NCBI GenBank assembly: GCA_038208295.1
Contig: JBBQYX010000009.1
Span: 42-64,041 of the forward strand
DNA length: 64,000 nt
Reading direction: 5' to 3'
From: Candidatus Nanopelagicales bacterium
GTDB lineage: Bacteria; Actinomycetota; Actinomycetes; S36-B12; JBBQYX01
Positions 32,997 to 42,665 of the stretch are shown here, piece after piece. The notes under the pieces are model-generated. The model was not told the DNA's origin. It saw only the letters and a program-made list of their open reading frames with translations, and did not search any database. Position numbers and translations under genes: made by a program. Position 1 is the stretch's first letter, and each line of letters opens with the position of its first letter.

Positions 32997-34238
32997 ATGG
33001 CCCGCCCCATCTGGAACGGCACCATCAGTTTCGGCCTGGTCTCCGTACCCGTCGGGCTCTACTCCGCCACCGGCGACCACGACATCTCCTTCAACCAGCT
33101 CCAGCGTGGCACCACAGACCGAGTGCGCTACCGACGCGTGAACGAGCGGACCGGGGACGAGGTCGCCTTCGCGGACATCGTGAAGGGCTATGACGTCGGC
33201 GGCGGTGAGTACGTCATCGTCGAGCCGGACGACCTGGACGCGCTGGCGCCCAGTCGCTCGAAGGCGATCGAGATCAAGGCCTTCGTCGATCTGGACCAGA
33301 TCGATCCGATCTACTTCGCCAAGACCTACTACCTGGCGCCGGTGAAGGCCGAGAACGCCCAGACCTACTCGCTGCTGGCGCAGGCGCTGCAGCGTTCGGG
33401 CAAGGCCGGTATCGCCATGTTCGTGATGCGGGGCAAGCAATACCTGACGGTGCTCCGGGCCCAGGACGGCCTCCTGCTGCTGGAGACTTTGTTCTTCGCC
33501 AACGAGGTACGCGATCCGCACGCCGAACTGCCGACCCTGCGGACCGATCTCACGTTCGACGACCGAGAATTAGATCTGGCGGGCCTGCTCATCGACTCCA
33601 TGGCTACCCAGTGGACACCGCAGGACTACCGCGACACGTACACCCAAGCGGTGCTGGAGATGATCGAGGCCAAGCACGCTGGCCGGGAGATCGTGGCCGC
33701 GCAGCCGAGCGCCCCGACGGGGACGGTCACCGATCTGCTCGCCGCGCTGCAGGCCAGCATCGACGCAGCGAAGGGGAGCAGCCCCACGGCAGGCGCTGAT
33801 CCTGGCCCGACCACGGCTGCGGGGGCCGGCGCCCCGACGCCGCGGAAGACGAGCTCCACGGAGTCGGCGAGTCGCAAGCGGAGCGGTAAGACCAGCGACA
33901 GTGCCAGCAGTGCCAGTGCCAGTGCCAGTGCCAACGAAACTGCCAGCGACAGTGCCAACGAAACTGCCAGCGACAGTGCCGACGACAGTGCCGACGAAAC
34001 TGCCAGCGAGCAGGAGCCAGCGACCCGGCCGACGGCCACCCGGCGGACCCCGGCGGCCCGGTCGGGCCCGGCCCCGTCGGTCGCGGTGCCGGACAACCTC
34101 GATTCGCTGTCCCGCAAAGAACTCGACGCCCTGGCCAGAGCCCTCGGCATTGCCGGGCGCAGTTCGATGGACAAGGCCGCGCTGCAAGCGGCGGTCGCGG
34201 CGGCCAAGCCCGCCAGCCGTCGCCGACGGGCGTCCTAA
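32997..34238 (+). CDS. ku: NHEJ DNA end-binding protein Ku with extended C-terminus
   Basis: MARPIWNGTISFGLVSVPVGLYSAT..., IEIKAFVDLDQIDPIYFAKTYYLAP, GIAMFVMRGKQYLTVLRAQDGLLLLETLFFANEVRDP. GGAG lies upstream of ATG 32997. The 130-aa tail carries Ser/Ala/Asp repeats and a terminal helix-hairpin segment. Confidence 0.9.
   Translation: MARPIWNGTISFGLVSVPVGLYSATGDHDISFNQLQRGTTDRVRYRRVNERTGDEVAFADIVKGYDVGGGEYVIVEPDDLDALAPSRSKAIEIKAFVDLDQIDPIYFAKTYYLAPVKAENAQTYSLLAQALQRSGKAGIAMFVMRGKQYLTVLRAQDGLLLLETLFFANEVRDPHAELPTLRTDLTFDDRELDLAGLLIDSMATQWTPQDYRDTYTQAVLEMIEAKHAGREIVAAQPSAPTGTVTDLLAALQASIDAAKGSSPTAGADPGPTTAAGAGAPTPRKTSSTESASRKRSGKTSDSASSASASASANETASDSANETASDSADDSADETASEQEPATRPTATRRTPAARSGPAPSVAVPDNLDSLSRKELDALARALGIAGRSSMDKAALQAAVAAAKPASRRRRAS
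33900..33980 (+). repeat. Hexamer (agtgcc) run followed by a 24-bp tandem repeat x2 inside the ku tail
   Basis: agtgcc x5 (interrupted once) at 33900-33932. aacgaaactgccagcgacagtgcc at 33933-33956 and 33957-33980, encoding NETASDSA x2. Confidence 0.9.
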
Positions 34239-34295
34239 GGTCGCCGACGACCGTCCCCATACCCGCGGGGCACCCGGCAACAACAGCCGCCCGGC

Positions 34296-36488
34296 TCAGG
34301 TCCTCAGCACGTCCACCAGTCGCCGGAGCAGGGGCACCCCGGGTAGGTCGTCCAGCAGCACGGCTGCACCCTGTGCGTCGCACAGTGGGATCCGCCAGTT
34401 CGGGTACTCCTGGTCCGTGCCGGGCTGATTCTGGGTCCGAATCTCACCGACCGCGTCGGGCAGCCCGACACCGAGCAGCCGGCAGGGAGCGCGGGAGAGT
34501 AGTTGATGCAGCGCAGTGACCACATCCCCCACCGCTGGGGTCCCGTCCGCCTCAATCAGTCGCTCCCGGCGGAGCACCTCGAGCCAATCGGCCACCTCGG
34601 CCGCCGCCGCAGTCTGTTCCTCCGCCAACGGCCGGGTCAGCACGCCGAGCTCGGCCCGGATGCGTACATGCTCCAACTGCAAATAGCCCGCAGTGGGCGG
34701 CAGGTCATGCACCGTGACGCTGCCCATGCACAACTGGCGCCAGTGGTCGGGGGTCTTCGGTTCGCCGGAGTCCCAGCGCTCGAACCACAAGATGCTGGTG
34801 CCGAGGATGCCGCGGTCAGCGAGGACGTCGCGCACCCACGGCTCCACGGTGCCCAGATCCTCACCGACGATCACCGCACCGGCTCGCTGTGCCTCCAGGC
34901 ACAGGATGCCGAGTAGCGCCTCATGGTCGTAGGAGACGTACGTGCCCTGCCAGGCCGGCTTGCCGCGCGGCACCCACCACAGCCGGAACAGACCCAGCAC
35001 GTGGTCGATCCGCAACCCGCCGGCGTTGCGCAGGATGGTCCGCAGCATGTCCCGATAGGGCAGGTATGCGGCCTCGGCCAGGGCGTCGGGCCGCCACGGC
35101 GGCTGCGACCAGTCCTGCCCCTGCTGGTTGTACATGTCCGGCGGGGCTCCCACCGATACGTCGGCCGCCAGTACGTCGGCCAGGGCCCACGCATCGGCAC
35201 CGTCGGGATGCCCTCCCACCGCTAGGTCGTGCACGATCCCGGCCGTCATCCCGGCGCCGCGTGCCGCCCGCTGCGCAGTGCCCAACTGCTCGTCCAGTTG
35301 CCACTGGAGCCAGCAGTGGAACTCCACTGTCGGTAGTAGTCGCTGCCGTTCGGCGGCTACCGCGGAACTGCGCGGGTCGCTCAGGCCGGACGGCCAGTCG
35401 GCCCGCTTGATCCCGTACTCCTCCACCAACGCGGCCCACGTGGCGTAGTCACGCAGTCCGACGCCCTGCTCCTCGACGTACGCCGTGAATGAGGTTCTCC
35501 GGCCGACGGACATCGGAACAGCAAAGACACGTTGCAACGCATCATGTTTCGCCACCCAAGAGGCATCGCGGTCTAACAGATCAGTCGAACGACTCGCGGC
35601 CTGCAGCGGCGCCGCGAGCCCGTCCACTGCCGCCCGGTCGTCGGCGTCGAGATAGGCATATTCGGGGATGGCCTCGACCCGTAGATACATCGGATTCACG
35701 AACCGACGGGTCACCGGCAGATAGGGCGACGGTGCCATCGGTGGCACCGGTGATGCCGCCTGCAACGGGTTGACAAGGACGAAACCAGCGCCCAGTTCGC
35801 GGCCGCTCCAGGAGGCGAGATCCGCCAGATCGCCCAGATCACCGATACCCCAGGACCGTCGCGAACGCAGCGAATACAACTGCGTCATGAAACCCCAGCG
35901 GGTGCTGTCCGGCGGCTCCTCGAGCCGGGCAGGGGTGACCACCAGGGCGCACGAGGCCGCGTCACCGCCATCGAGCTCCGCATGCAGGCGGTGCCAACCC
36001 AGCGGTAGGTCACCCGGGACCGCGAAGGTGGCCTCGCCGACCAGCCGGCCGTCCATCACCCGCGGTTCCACCCAGCGGTCCACCTGGACGACGTCATGCC
36101 GAATCCCGCCGTCCTCCAGCTGCACCCGCACCGACACACCCGACCCGTGCGGGACGTGCACCGCCACGGATGCGATCCGTCCGGACCGGACCACGACGAC
36201 GGGGGGCAGCGTGCGCCGCCAGGGCTGGTCGGTCAGGTCCGCGAGGGCGGCCGTCACCTGGCCCGGACCGCTGGCGTCAACCCCGAGAGCGGCGAGGATG
36301 CTACGTACGGTGGCGGCGGCGGTATATCGCTGCTGACCGGACTGGTCCCAATACGAGGTGGACACCCCCAGCTCGTGCGCCAGCCGTGCGAGGTCGTGGT
36401 CGACGGGGTCGCCGGCAGCTGGGTCCGCCGAGGTCGGGGTCGGGGTCGGGGTCGGGGTCACCACATCTGCGGGCGGCGGTGCGCCCAC
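34296..36488 (-). CDS. malQ: 4-alpha-glucanotransferase (amylomaltase, GH77)
   Basis: LAHELGVSTSYWD, RSWGIGDLGDLADL, FVLVNPL, IVGEDLGTVEPWV. The start may be GTG 36461 (GTGA overlap with the amidase stop) rather than 36488. Confidence 0.9.
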   Translation of the reverse strand: MGAPPPADVVTPTPTPTPTSADPAAGDPVDHDLARLAHELGVSTSYWDQSGQQRYTAAATVRSILAALGVDASGPGQVTAALADLTDQPWRRTLPPVVVVRSGRIASVAVHVPHGSGVSVRVQLEDGGIRHDVVQVDRWVEPRVMDGRLVGEATFAVPGDLPLGWHRLHAELDGGDAASCALVVTPARLEEPPDSTRWGFMTQLYSLRSRRSWGIGDLGDLADLASWSGRELGAGFVLVNPLQAASPVPPMAPSPYLPVTRRFVNPMYLRVEAIPEYAYLDADDRAAVDGLAAPLQAASRSTDLLDRDASWVAKHDALQRVFAVPMSVGRRTSFTAYVEEQGVGLRDYATWAALVEEYGIKRADWPSGLSDPRSSAVAAERQRLLPTVEFHCWLQWQLDEQLGTAQRAARGAGMTAGIVHDLAVGGHPDGADAWALADVLAADVSVGAPPDMYNQQGQDWSQPPWRPDALAEAAYLPYRDMLRTILRNAGGLRIDHVLGLFRLWWVPRGKPAWQGTYVSYDHEALLGILCLEAQRAGAVIVGEDLGTVEPWVRDVLADRGILGTSILWFERWDSGEPKTPDHWRQLCMGSVTVHDLPPTAGYLQLEHVRIRAELGVLTRPLAEEQTAAAAEVADWLEVLRRERLIEADGTPAVGDVVTALHQLLSRAPCRLLGVGLPDAVGEIRTQNQPGTDQEYPNWRIPLCDAQGAAVLLDDLPGVPLLRRLVDVLRT

Positions 36489-37882
36489 GGCGCGGCCGTC
36501 TCCAGTTGCGCGGCCAGGCTGATGATCGTCGCCTCGTCGAACGGGCGACCGACTAACTGGATGCCGATGGGGAGCCCGGCGTCAGTCCAGTGCAACGGCA
36601 CCTGTATCGCGGGTTGCCCGGTCACGTTGATGACGGCAGTGAACGGTGTAAACCGCTTCTGGGCCTCGAAGTCCGCCGCCGGGTCGGCGTCGTTGCGAAT
36701 CCCGCCGACCAGAGCTGGCGGCTGAGCCAGGGTCGGCATGAGCAGCGCGTCGTATCCCGACAGCGACTGAACCGCAGCCCGACTGATCAGCCGCATCATC
36801 GAAACGGCCTGGGCGATCTGGATGCCGGTAACAGCGCGGGCGCGTTCGCGCAGATAGCGGGTCAGGGGCTGCAGATCCTCCTCCCGCGCCGGGTCGACCG
36901 GGGTGAGCAGCCCCAGCACCGCCCACACCGCCTCAAAGGAAGCCACCACGTCGGGAGTGAACGGCAGCGTCACGTCGACGATCTCGTGGCCCAGCTCGCC
37001 CAGCAGGGTGCTGGCCTGGTCATAGGCGGCAATACAGTCCGGATGCACCTGCGTCTGGGCGAGCATGGGGGTCCGCGTACGGGCGATCCGCAGCCGGCCA
37101 GGATCCCGCCGGGCCGCAGCCAGGTAAGTCTGACCGGGCGGCAGCGCGGGGGCGACGAACGGGTCATCCGGGAACGGCACCGCCAGCACATCGAGCAGCG
37201 CAGCAGCGTCGGCGACCGTGCGAGCGATCGGGCCGCACACGTTGAGCTCGCCGATGGCATCGCGCAGCGGACCGTTGCTGACCCGGCCACGAGAGGTCTT
37301 GATGCCCACCAGGCCGCAGACACTGGCCGGGATGCGGATCGAGCCTCCGCCGTCGGACCCCTGCGCCGCAGCCGCCAGCCCCGCGGCGACCGCTGCCGCC
37401 GCGCCGCCGCTGGAGCCGCCGGCCGACCGTGACAGATCCCACGGCGTACGGGCCGGCGGCGCCACGGCGTTCTCCGTGTAGCACGGCAGGCCGAACTCCG
37501 GAGTGTTGGTCTTGCCGGTCATCACCAGGTTGCCCTCGCGCATTCTGGCAACGACGTGGTCATCGGCGTACGGAACCATGTCGTACGTCATCGACCCCAT
37601 GGTGCAGCGGACCCCGGCCTGGAAATGCAGGTCCTTCACCGGCACGACGACGCCGTGCAGGACGGGCAGCGCCGCGGGATCGGCGGCCTCCCGGACGGCC
37701 CGTTCCGCGGCCGCGGCCTGATCCCGGGCGACGTCGGGGGTCACCGTGATGAACGCACCCACCTGCGTGTCCAGCTGTTCGGTGCGGCCCAGATAGTGCT
37801 CGGTGAGTTCGACTGGGGAGATCTCGCGGTTGCGGATCGCCGCTGCCTGCTCCAATGCCGTCAGGTCGTGCAACTGGCTCAT
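36458..37882 (-). CDS. Amidase-signature family amidase
   Basis: GGSSGGAAAAVAAGL..GSDGGGSIRIPAS amidase signature. 474 aa. Confidence 0.85.
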   Translation of the reverse strand: MSQLHDLTALEQAAAIRNREISPVELTEHYLGRTEQLDTQVGAFITVTPDVARDQAAAAERAVREAADPAALPVLHGVVVPVKDLHFQAGVRCTMGSMTYDMVPYADDHVVARMREGNLVMTGKTNTPEFGLPCYTENAVAPPARTPWDLSRSAGGSSGGAAAAVAAGLAAAAQGSDGGGSIRIPASVCGLVGIKTSRGRVSNGPLRDAIGELNVCGPIARTVADAAALLDVLAVPFPDDPFVAPALPPGQTYLAAARRDPGRLRIARTRTPMLAQTQVHPDCIAAYDQASTLLGELGHEIVDVTLPFTPDVVASFEAVWAVLGLLTPVDPAREEDLQPLTRYLRERARAVTGIQIAQAVSMMRLISRAAVQSLSGYDALLMPTLAQPPALVGGIRNDADPAADFEAQKRFTPFTAVINVTGQPAIQVPLHWTDAGLPIGIQLVGRPFDEATIISLAAQLETAAPWAHRRPQMW

Positions 37883-37927
37883 TCGTGTGCCTTCCTCGTC
37901 GCTCGACTCGCGAACTGTAGATCCAGC

Positions 37928-38644
37928 TCACTCATCCGGCTGCTCCTCGATGCGGTAGCCGAAGCCTCGCAGGGTGGTGATGAGGTCCGGATCGACGTCG
38001 GCCGCAGCGAGATGGCGACGCAGGGCCGAGACATGCATGTCCAGGGTCTTGGTCGAGCCGTACCAGTTCTCATCCCACACCCGCGTCATGAGGTCTTCCC
38101 GCCGGACCGCCTCGCCGGTGTGCCGCAACAGTTCGGCCAGCAGGTCAAACTCCTTGGGACGCAGCTCGAGTTCCGCCCCGTTGGCGCTGACCCGACGCGC
38201 GGCGGGGTCCAAGGTCACTGGCCCGGCCCTCATGACGCCGGTGTTCTCGACCGGGCTGACCCGGCGCAGATGGGCTCGTACCCGAGCCAGGAGTTCACCG
38301 AGCCGGAAGGGTTTGGTGAGGTAGTCATCGGCCCCGGCGTCCAGAGCGACCACCACATCGGCTTCGTCCACGCGTGCTGTGAGCACGACGACCACGGCTG
38401 CGGGGGCGTACCCACGCAGTTCGCGGCACAGGTCGACCCCGTCCGCGTCCGGCAGCCCGAGGTCGAGCAGCACCAGGTCCGGGGGCTGGGCCTGGGTGGC
38501 CACTCGGGCCTCGGCGGCGGTGGCCGCACGGCTGGCCTCATGGCCGGCGGCCCGCAGCGAGGCGACCAGCGGAGCGGCGATGCCGTCGTCGTCCTCGACG
38601 ACCAGCACGTGGGTGACTCGATTCATCGCGGCCTTTCCGATCAT
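37928..38644 (-). CDS. OmpR-family response regulator
   Basis: ATGA overlap with the upstream kinase. VLVVEDDDGIA, DLVLLDLGLPDADG, LTKPF; winged-helix part LRPKEFDLLAELL, TLDMHVSALRRHL, TLRGFGYRI. Confidence 0.9.
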   Translation of the reverse strand: MIGKAAMNRVTHVLVVEDDDGIAAPLVASLRAAGHEASRAATAAEARVATQAQPPDLVLLDLGLPDADGVDLCRELRGYAPAAVVVVLTARVDEADVVVALDAGADDYLTKPFRLGELLARVRAHLRRVSPVENTGVMRAGPVTLDPAARRVSANGAELELRPKEFDLLAELLRHTGEAVRREDLMTRVWDENWYGSTKTLDMHVSALRRHLAAADVDPDLITTLRGFGYRIEEQPDE

Positions 38645-39984
38645 GACAGCTCCTTCGGCTCGCAGTCATGATCCTCGGCACTGGGCAGCAGCAGGGTGAA
38701 ACACGCCCCAGGTCCACCAGCGGCCAGCGACAGCCGGCCACCGTGCGACTGGGCCAGCGAGCGCGCCAGGGACAGCCCGATACCCGTACCGCCGGCACCG
38801 GAACTGCCACGGACGAAGAGGACGTCGCGGACCGCCGGGGACACCCCGCCGGCGTCGTGCACGTCGATGGCCACCGACCCGGCGACGTCGCGGGCGCGCA
38901 CCACGACCGGTCCGGCACCGTGCCGCAGCGCGTTGTCGATGAGGACGTCGAGGATCTGCCGTACGGCGGACTCCGGTGCCGCGACCGGCGGTAGCCCCGT
39001 CTCGGCGACCACAGTCAGGGCCCGGCCACGGGCTTCGGCCAGTGGCGTCCAACGGCTGTAGGCATCGGCCAGTTCCCCCGCCACGTCGCAGCGGGAGACC
39101 TGGTCCGGCGTGTACCGGGTCAGACCGAGCAGGTCGTCGATGGTGCGTTCCAGCCGGTCGGCCTGGGCCAGCGCCTCCCGGGCGGCCGAGTCCAGATCAC
39201 CGTCCGGGCCCACCAAGGCGGCTTCAAGCGACAGCCGCATCGCTGTCAGCGGGGTACGCAGTTGGTGCGAGGCGTCCGCAGCGAACCGCTGCTCTCGGTC
39301 GAGCCGCTCGCCCAGCCGGCGGGCGCTGGACTCCAGCGCGCGCGCCACGTCCTCCCCCTCAGTCACCCCGGTCGGAGCCACCCGCAGGGCGAACGCACCC
39401 TCCCCCAGGTCCCGGGCGGCCGCGGCCAACTGCTCGAACGGCCGGGACAGGCGGCGCGCGCGCACCGCGGCGACCGCCGCCGTGACCGCTACGACGGCGG
39501 CGGCGAGCAGACCCAGCAGCACCCAGGCCAGGTGGATGCGCGCGTCGACATCGGTCAGGGGAATCGCGGCGCGCACGGTCACCGGCGTACGGCCATCCGC
39601 CCGGAACGGCGTGTAGACGGCCATCTCGTTGTCTTGCACCGTGGTGCGCGCGACACCGGCGGTCTGCGCGGTCAACGCCTCCGGCGCGCGATCCGGGCCG
39701 GCACCGGTCAGCCGGTTGCCCTGCGCGTCGTACAGGCCGAGTACGACACCCTCGGTGCGCGGCGCGGGCAAGGGTTCGCCAGGACGAAGGGAGTCATCGG
39801 GCACCAGGGCGATCACCCGGGTGGCTTCCTCCTCCAGCGCCGCCGACTGCTGCTCCCGGAAGTCCCGCCAGACCAGGGCTCCCAGCGGCAGGGCGAACAG
39901 GGCGACCGCCAACACGACGACCGCCACCATCCCAGTGGTCACCTGTCGGCGCAGGGACCGTTCCCGATGATCGCTCGGTGACAT
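38641..39984 (-). CDS. Sensor histidine kinase
   Basis: Two TM segments. H-box FAADASHQLRTPLTAM, N-box IDNALRHG, G-box GTGIGLSLARSLAQSHGG. The start is set at ATG 39984, because the ORF-track extension overlaps the upstream gene. Confidence 0.85.
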   Translation of the reverse strand: MSPSDHRERSLRRQVTTGMVAVVVLAVALFALPLGALVWRDFREQQSAALEEEATRVIALVPDDSLRPGEPLPAPRTEGVVLGLYDAQGNRLTGAGPDRAPEALTAQTAGVARTTVQDNEMAVYTPFRADGRTPVTVRAAIPLTDVDARIHLAWVLLGLLAAAVVAVTAAVAAVRARRLSRPFEQLAAAARDLGEGAFALRVAPTGVTEGEDVARALESSARRLGERLDREQRFAADASHQLRTPLTAMRLSLEAALVGPDGDLDSAAREALAQADRLERTIDDLLGLTRYTPDQVSRCDVAGELADAYSRWTPLAEARGRALTVVAETGLPPVAAPESAVRQILDVLIDNALRHGAGPVVVRARDVAGSVAIDVHDAGGVSPAVRDVLFVRGSSGAGGTGIGLSLARSLAQSHGGRLSLAAGGPGACFTLLLPSAEDHDCEPKELS

Positions 39985-40001
39985 CAAGGGGGCGCGGTCG
40001 G

Positions 40002-40355
40002 TCAAGCGTCGCGACCAGAGTCGCTGTCGGGTGCGCCGCGGTATGCCACCCGCCGGCGCCACATGCGTACTCCCTCGGACAGCCCGGCACCTAGCGCCAT
40101 GGCGAACAGAATCAGCCAGATGGTGTTGGTCTCGGCGGTGAAGAAAAGGAAGTGGACATCGTGCTGTTCGCCGTTGAGCAAGACGAAAGCCAGCGCATAC
40201 AGCGCCAGCAGGCCCCAGGCACCCGGCTTGATCCACTTGCGCCAGTCCACCGGGGGCGGTTTGCCCCCGAATGTCTTCGGTGCCCCGCGCGGTGTCGCGG
40301 CCGCCTGGTCGCCGCGACGGCCCTGCTCGCCGCGACCCTGGTCGTCGTTGGCCAT
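40002..40355 (-). CDS. Small membrane protein (LapA/DUF1049-like, tentative)
   Basis: 117 aa. Basic, Gly-rich N-terminus, then two TM helices (AWGLLALYALAFVLLN; IWLILFAMALGAGL). Directly upstream of the kinase. Confidence 0.45.
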   Translation of the reverse strand: MANDDQGRGEQGRRGDQAAATPRGAPKTFGGKPPPVDWRKWIKPGAWGLLALYALAFVLLNGEQHDVHFLFFTAETNTIWLILFAMALGAGLSEGVRMWRRRVAYRGAPDSDSGRDA

Positions 40356-40517
40356 GGCGCCCCTTCAGGTCGTCGTTGGGCAGGCATGTTCGGCTGGCGC
40401 TGAGTGGTTCAGGCTATGCCGATCCGGCGAACCGCGGTGCCCAGACACCGGCGCCCGCGGCGTCGCACGTCATTGGGCTCTGGGTGACCTGGGATCTCGC
40501 TGGGCCCGCCTAGGGTC

Positions 40518-42665
40518 GTGGGCATGAATGAGCATGCGCCGCTGCTGTCGTCACAACCTGCCTACCCCGCAGCCGCTCGGCTGGGCCTGACCGAGACTCG
40601 GCATGGGGTTGAGATCCGCGATCCGTACCGCTGGCTGGAGGACTCCGACGATCCACATACCCGGGACTGGTTGCAATCGCAGGCGAGGCTGACGGCGGCC
40701 GAGCGCGCCCGCTGGTCCACCCAGCCGGTCTTCGCGGATCGGATCGCTGCACTGCTGGGCTCCGGATCGGTGTCCCCACCAGCGTGGCGGCGCGGCCGGC
40801 AGTTCGTGACCCGGCGCGAACCGGGACAGCAGTTGGCCGTGCTGTGGGTGGTCGACCCGGCCGGCACCGAACGGGTGCTCATCGACCCGATGGCACTGGA
40901 TCCCTCGGGCGGCACCACCCTGGATGCGTGGCAGCCGTCCAAGGAGGGCGACCTGCTCGCCTATCAGATGTCGGAGGGCGGTACGGAGGAATCCGTCCTG
41001 CGGGTGCTCGACGTGGCCACCGGTGCCGATGTCGACGGCCCCATCGACCGGTGCCGCTACTCCCCCGTCGCCTGGCTGCCGGGCGGCGATGCGTTCTACT
41101 ACGTACGCCGGTTGCCTCCGCAGGGGCTGCCTGAGGGCGAGCAGCAGTTCCATCGCCGCGTCTACCTGCATCGGGTGGGCACGAAGACCAGCACCGATGT
41201 GCTGGTCTTCGGCTCGAGCATGGTCGTGACCAACTATTACGGCGTCGGCGTCAGCCGGGACGGCCGCTGGTTGCAGGTGTCTGCATCCGAAGGAACCGAG
41301 CCGCGTAACGACCTGTGGCTGGCCGATCTGCACGCGTGCTCCCCGCAGGCCCCGGCATTCGTCCTGGTGCAGGGCGACGTCGACGCCCAGACCGGGATCG
41401 ACGTCGGCCGCGACGGCCGCTTCTACATCGCCACCGACCGCGATGCCCCGCGGGCCCGGCTGTGCGTTGCCGATCCGCACACGCTTGAGTACGAGCAGTG
41501 GACCGAGCTCCTGCCGGAGGATCCCGAGGCGGTTCTGGACGGTTTCGCGATCCTCGATGGCGAGGATCTGCCCCACTCGCTGCTGCTGGTCAGTCGCACC
41601 CGGCACACCATCAGCGAATTGACCCTGCACGACCTGGCCACCGGGGAACTGCTGCGGTCCGTCCCGCTACCAGGCTCGGGCACCATCGCCGGCCCAATCG
41701 AGAAACCCGAGGGGGGCCCGGTCGTGTGGTTTCTTTACACCGACCACACCACCGTTCCGCAGATCTACACCTACGACGCACGGACGGACGCGGTCGAGTT
41801 GTGGGCGACACCGCCCGGCGCGGTGGAGGTTCCGACGATCCGCTCGCACCAGGTCGTCTACAACTCCGCGGACGGCACCCCGGTACGAATGGTCGTCCTG
41901 TCCCCGCACGCCGACGGCAACGACCCCGACCGGCCCCGACCGACGGTTCTCTACGGCTACGGAGGTTTCGGGATCTCTCTCACGCCGGCTTTCTCCGCCT
42001 CGATCCTGGCCTGGGTGGAGGCCGGCGGAGTATGGGCCGTGCCAGGCCTGCGCGGTGGCGGTGAGGAGGGCGAGCAGTGGCACCGGGCGGGGATGCTCGG
42101 TGCCAAGCAGAACGTCTTCGACGACTTCCGCGCTGCTGCTGAATTCCTGGTGGCGCAGGGGTGGACGACGCCCGAACAGCTGGCCGTCAACGGCGGGAGC
42201 AACGGTGGTCTGCTCGTCGGTGCGGCCCTGACGCAGTTCCCAGAGTTGTTTCGCACTGCCGTCTGTGTGGCGCCGTTGCTCGACATGGTCCGCTATACGA
42301 CCTCCGAACTCGGCGCCACCTGGACGGTGGAGTACGGAGACCCCGAGGTTCCCGAGCAGTTGCAGTGGCTGCATGCGTATTCCCCGTACCACAGTGTCGT
42401 GGAGGGCACTGACTATCCCGCGGTGTTGATGGTGGTGTTCCCGAATGACACCCGCACCGATCCGATGCACGGCCGCAAGATGCTCGCCGCGCTCCAGCAC
42501 GCGAGCAGCGGCACCCGGCCACAGCTGCTGCGCAGTGAGGGCGACGTCGGACACGGGGCCCGTTCGGTGGATCGGGCGGTGCTGGAGTCGGCCGACATGC
42601 TGGCGTTCCTGGCCCGCTGGACCGGCCTGGCCGACGAGGCCACCTCCCGGGCGGACGCCCGCTAA
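40518..42665 (+). CDS. Prolyl oligopeptidase (S9A family)
   Basis: DPYRWLED N-terminal motif, beta-propeller region, and catalytic GGSNGGLLVGA...GHG. Confidence 0.9.
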   Translation: MGMNEHAPLLSSQPAYPAAARLGLTETRHGVEIRDPYRWLEDSDDPHTRDWLQSQARLTAAERARWSTQPVFADRIAALLGSGSVSPPAWRRGRQFVTRREPGQQLAVLWVVDPAGTERVLIDPMALDPSGGTTLDAWQPSKEGDLLAYQMSEGGTEESVLRVLDVATGADVDGPIDRCRYSPVAWLPGGDAFYYVRRLPPQGLPEGEQQFHRRVYLHRVGTKTSTDVLVFGSSMVVTNYYGVGVSRDGRWLQVSASEGTEPRNDLWLADLHACSPQAPAFVLVQGDVDAQTGIDVGRDGRFYIATDRDAPRARLCVADPHTLEYEQWTELLPEDPEAVLDGFAILDGEDLPHSLLLVSRTRHTISELTLHDLATGELLRSVPLPGSGTIAGPIEKPEGGPVVWFLYTDHTTVPQIYTYDARTDAVELWATPPGAVEVPTIRSHQVVYNSADGTPVRMVVLSPHADGNDPDRPRPTVLYGYGGFGISLTPAFSASILAWVEAGGVWAVPGLRGGGEEGEQWHRAGMLGAKQNVFDDFRAAAEFLVAQGWTTPEQLAVNGGSNGGLLVGAALTQFPELFRTAVCVAPLLDMVRYTTSELGATWTVEYGDPEVPEQLQWLHAYSPYHSVVEGTDYPAVLMVVFPNDTRTDPMHGRKMLAALQHASSGTRPQLLRSEGDVGHGARSVDRAVLESADMLAFLARWTGLADEATSRADAR

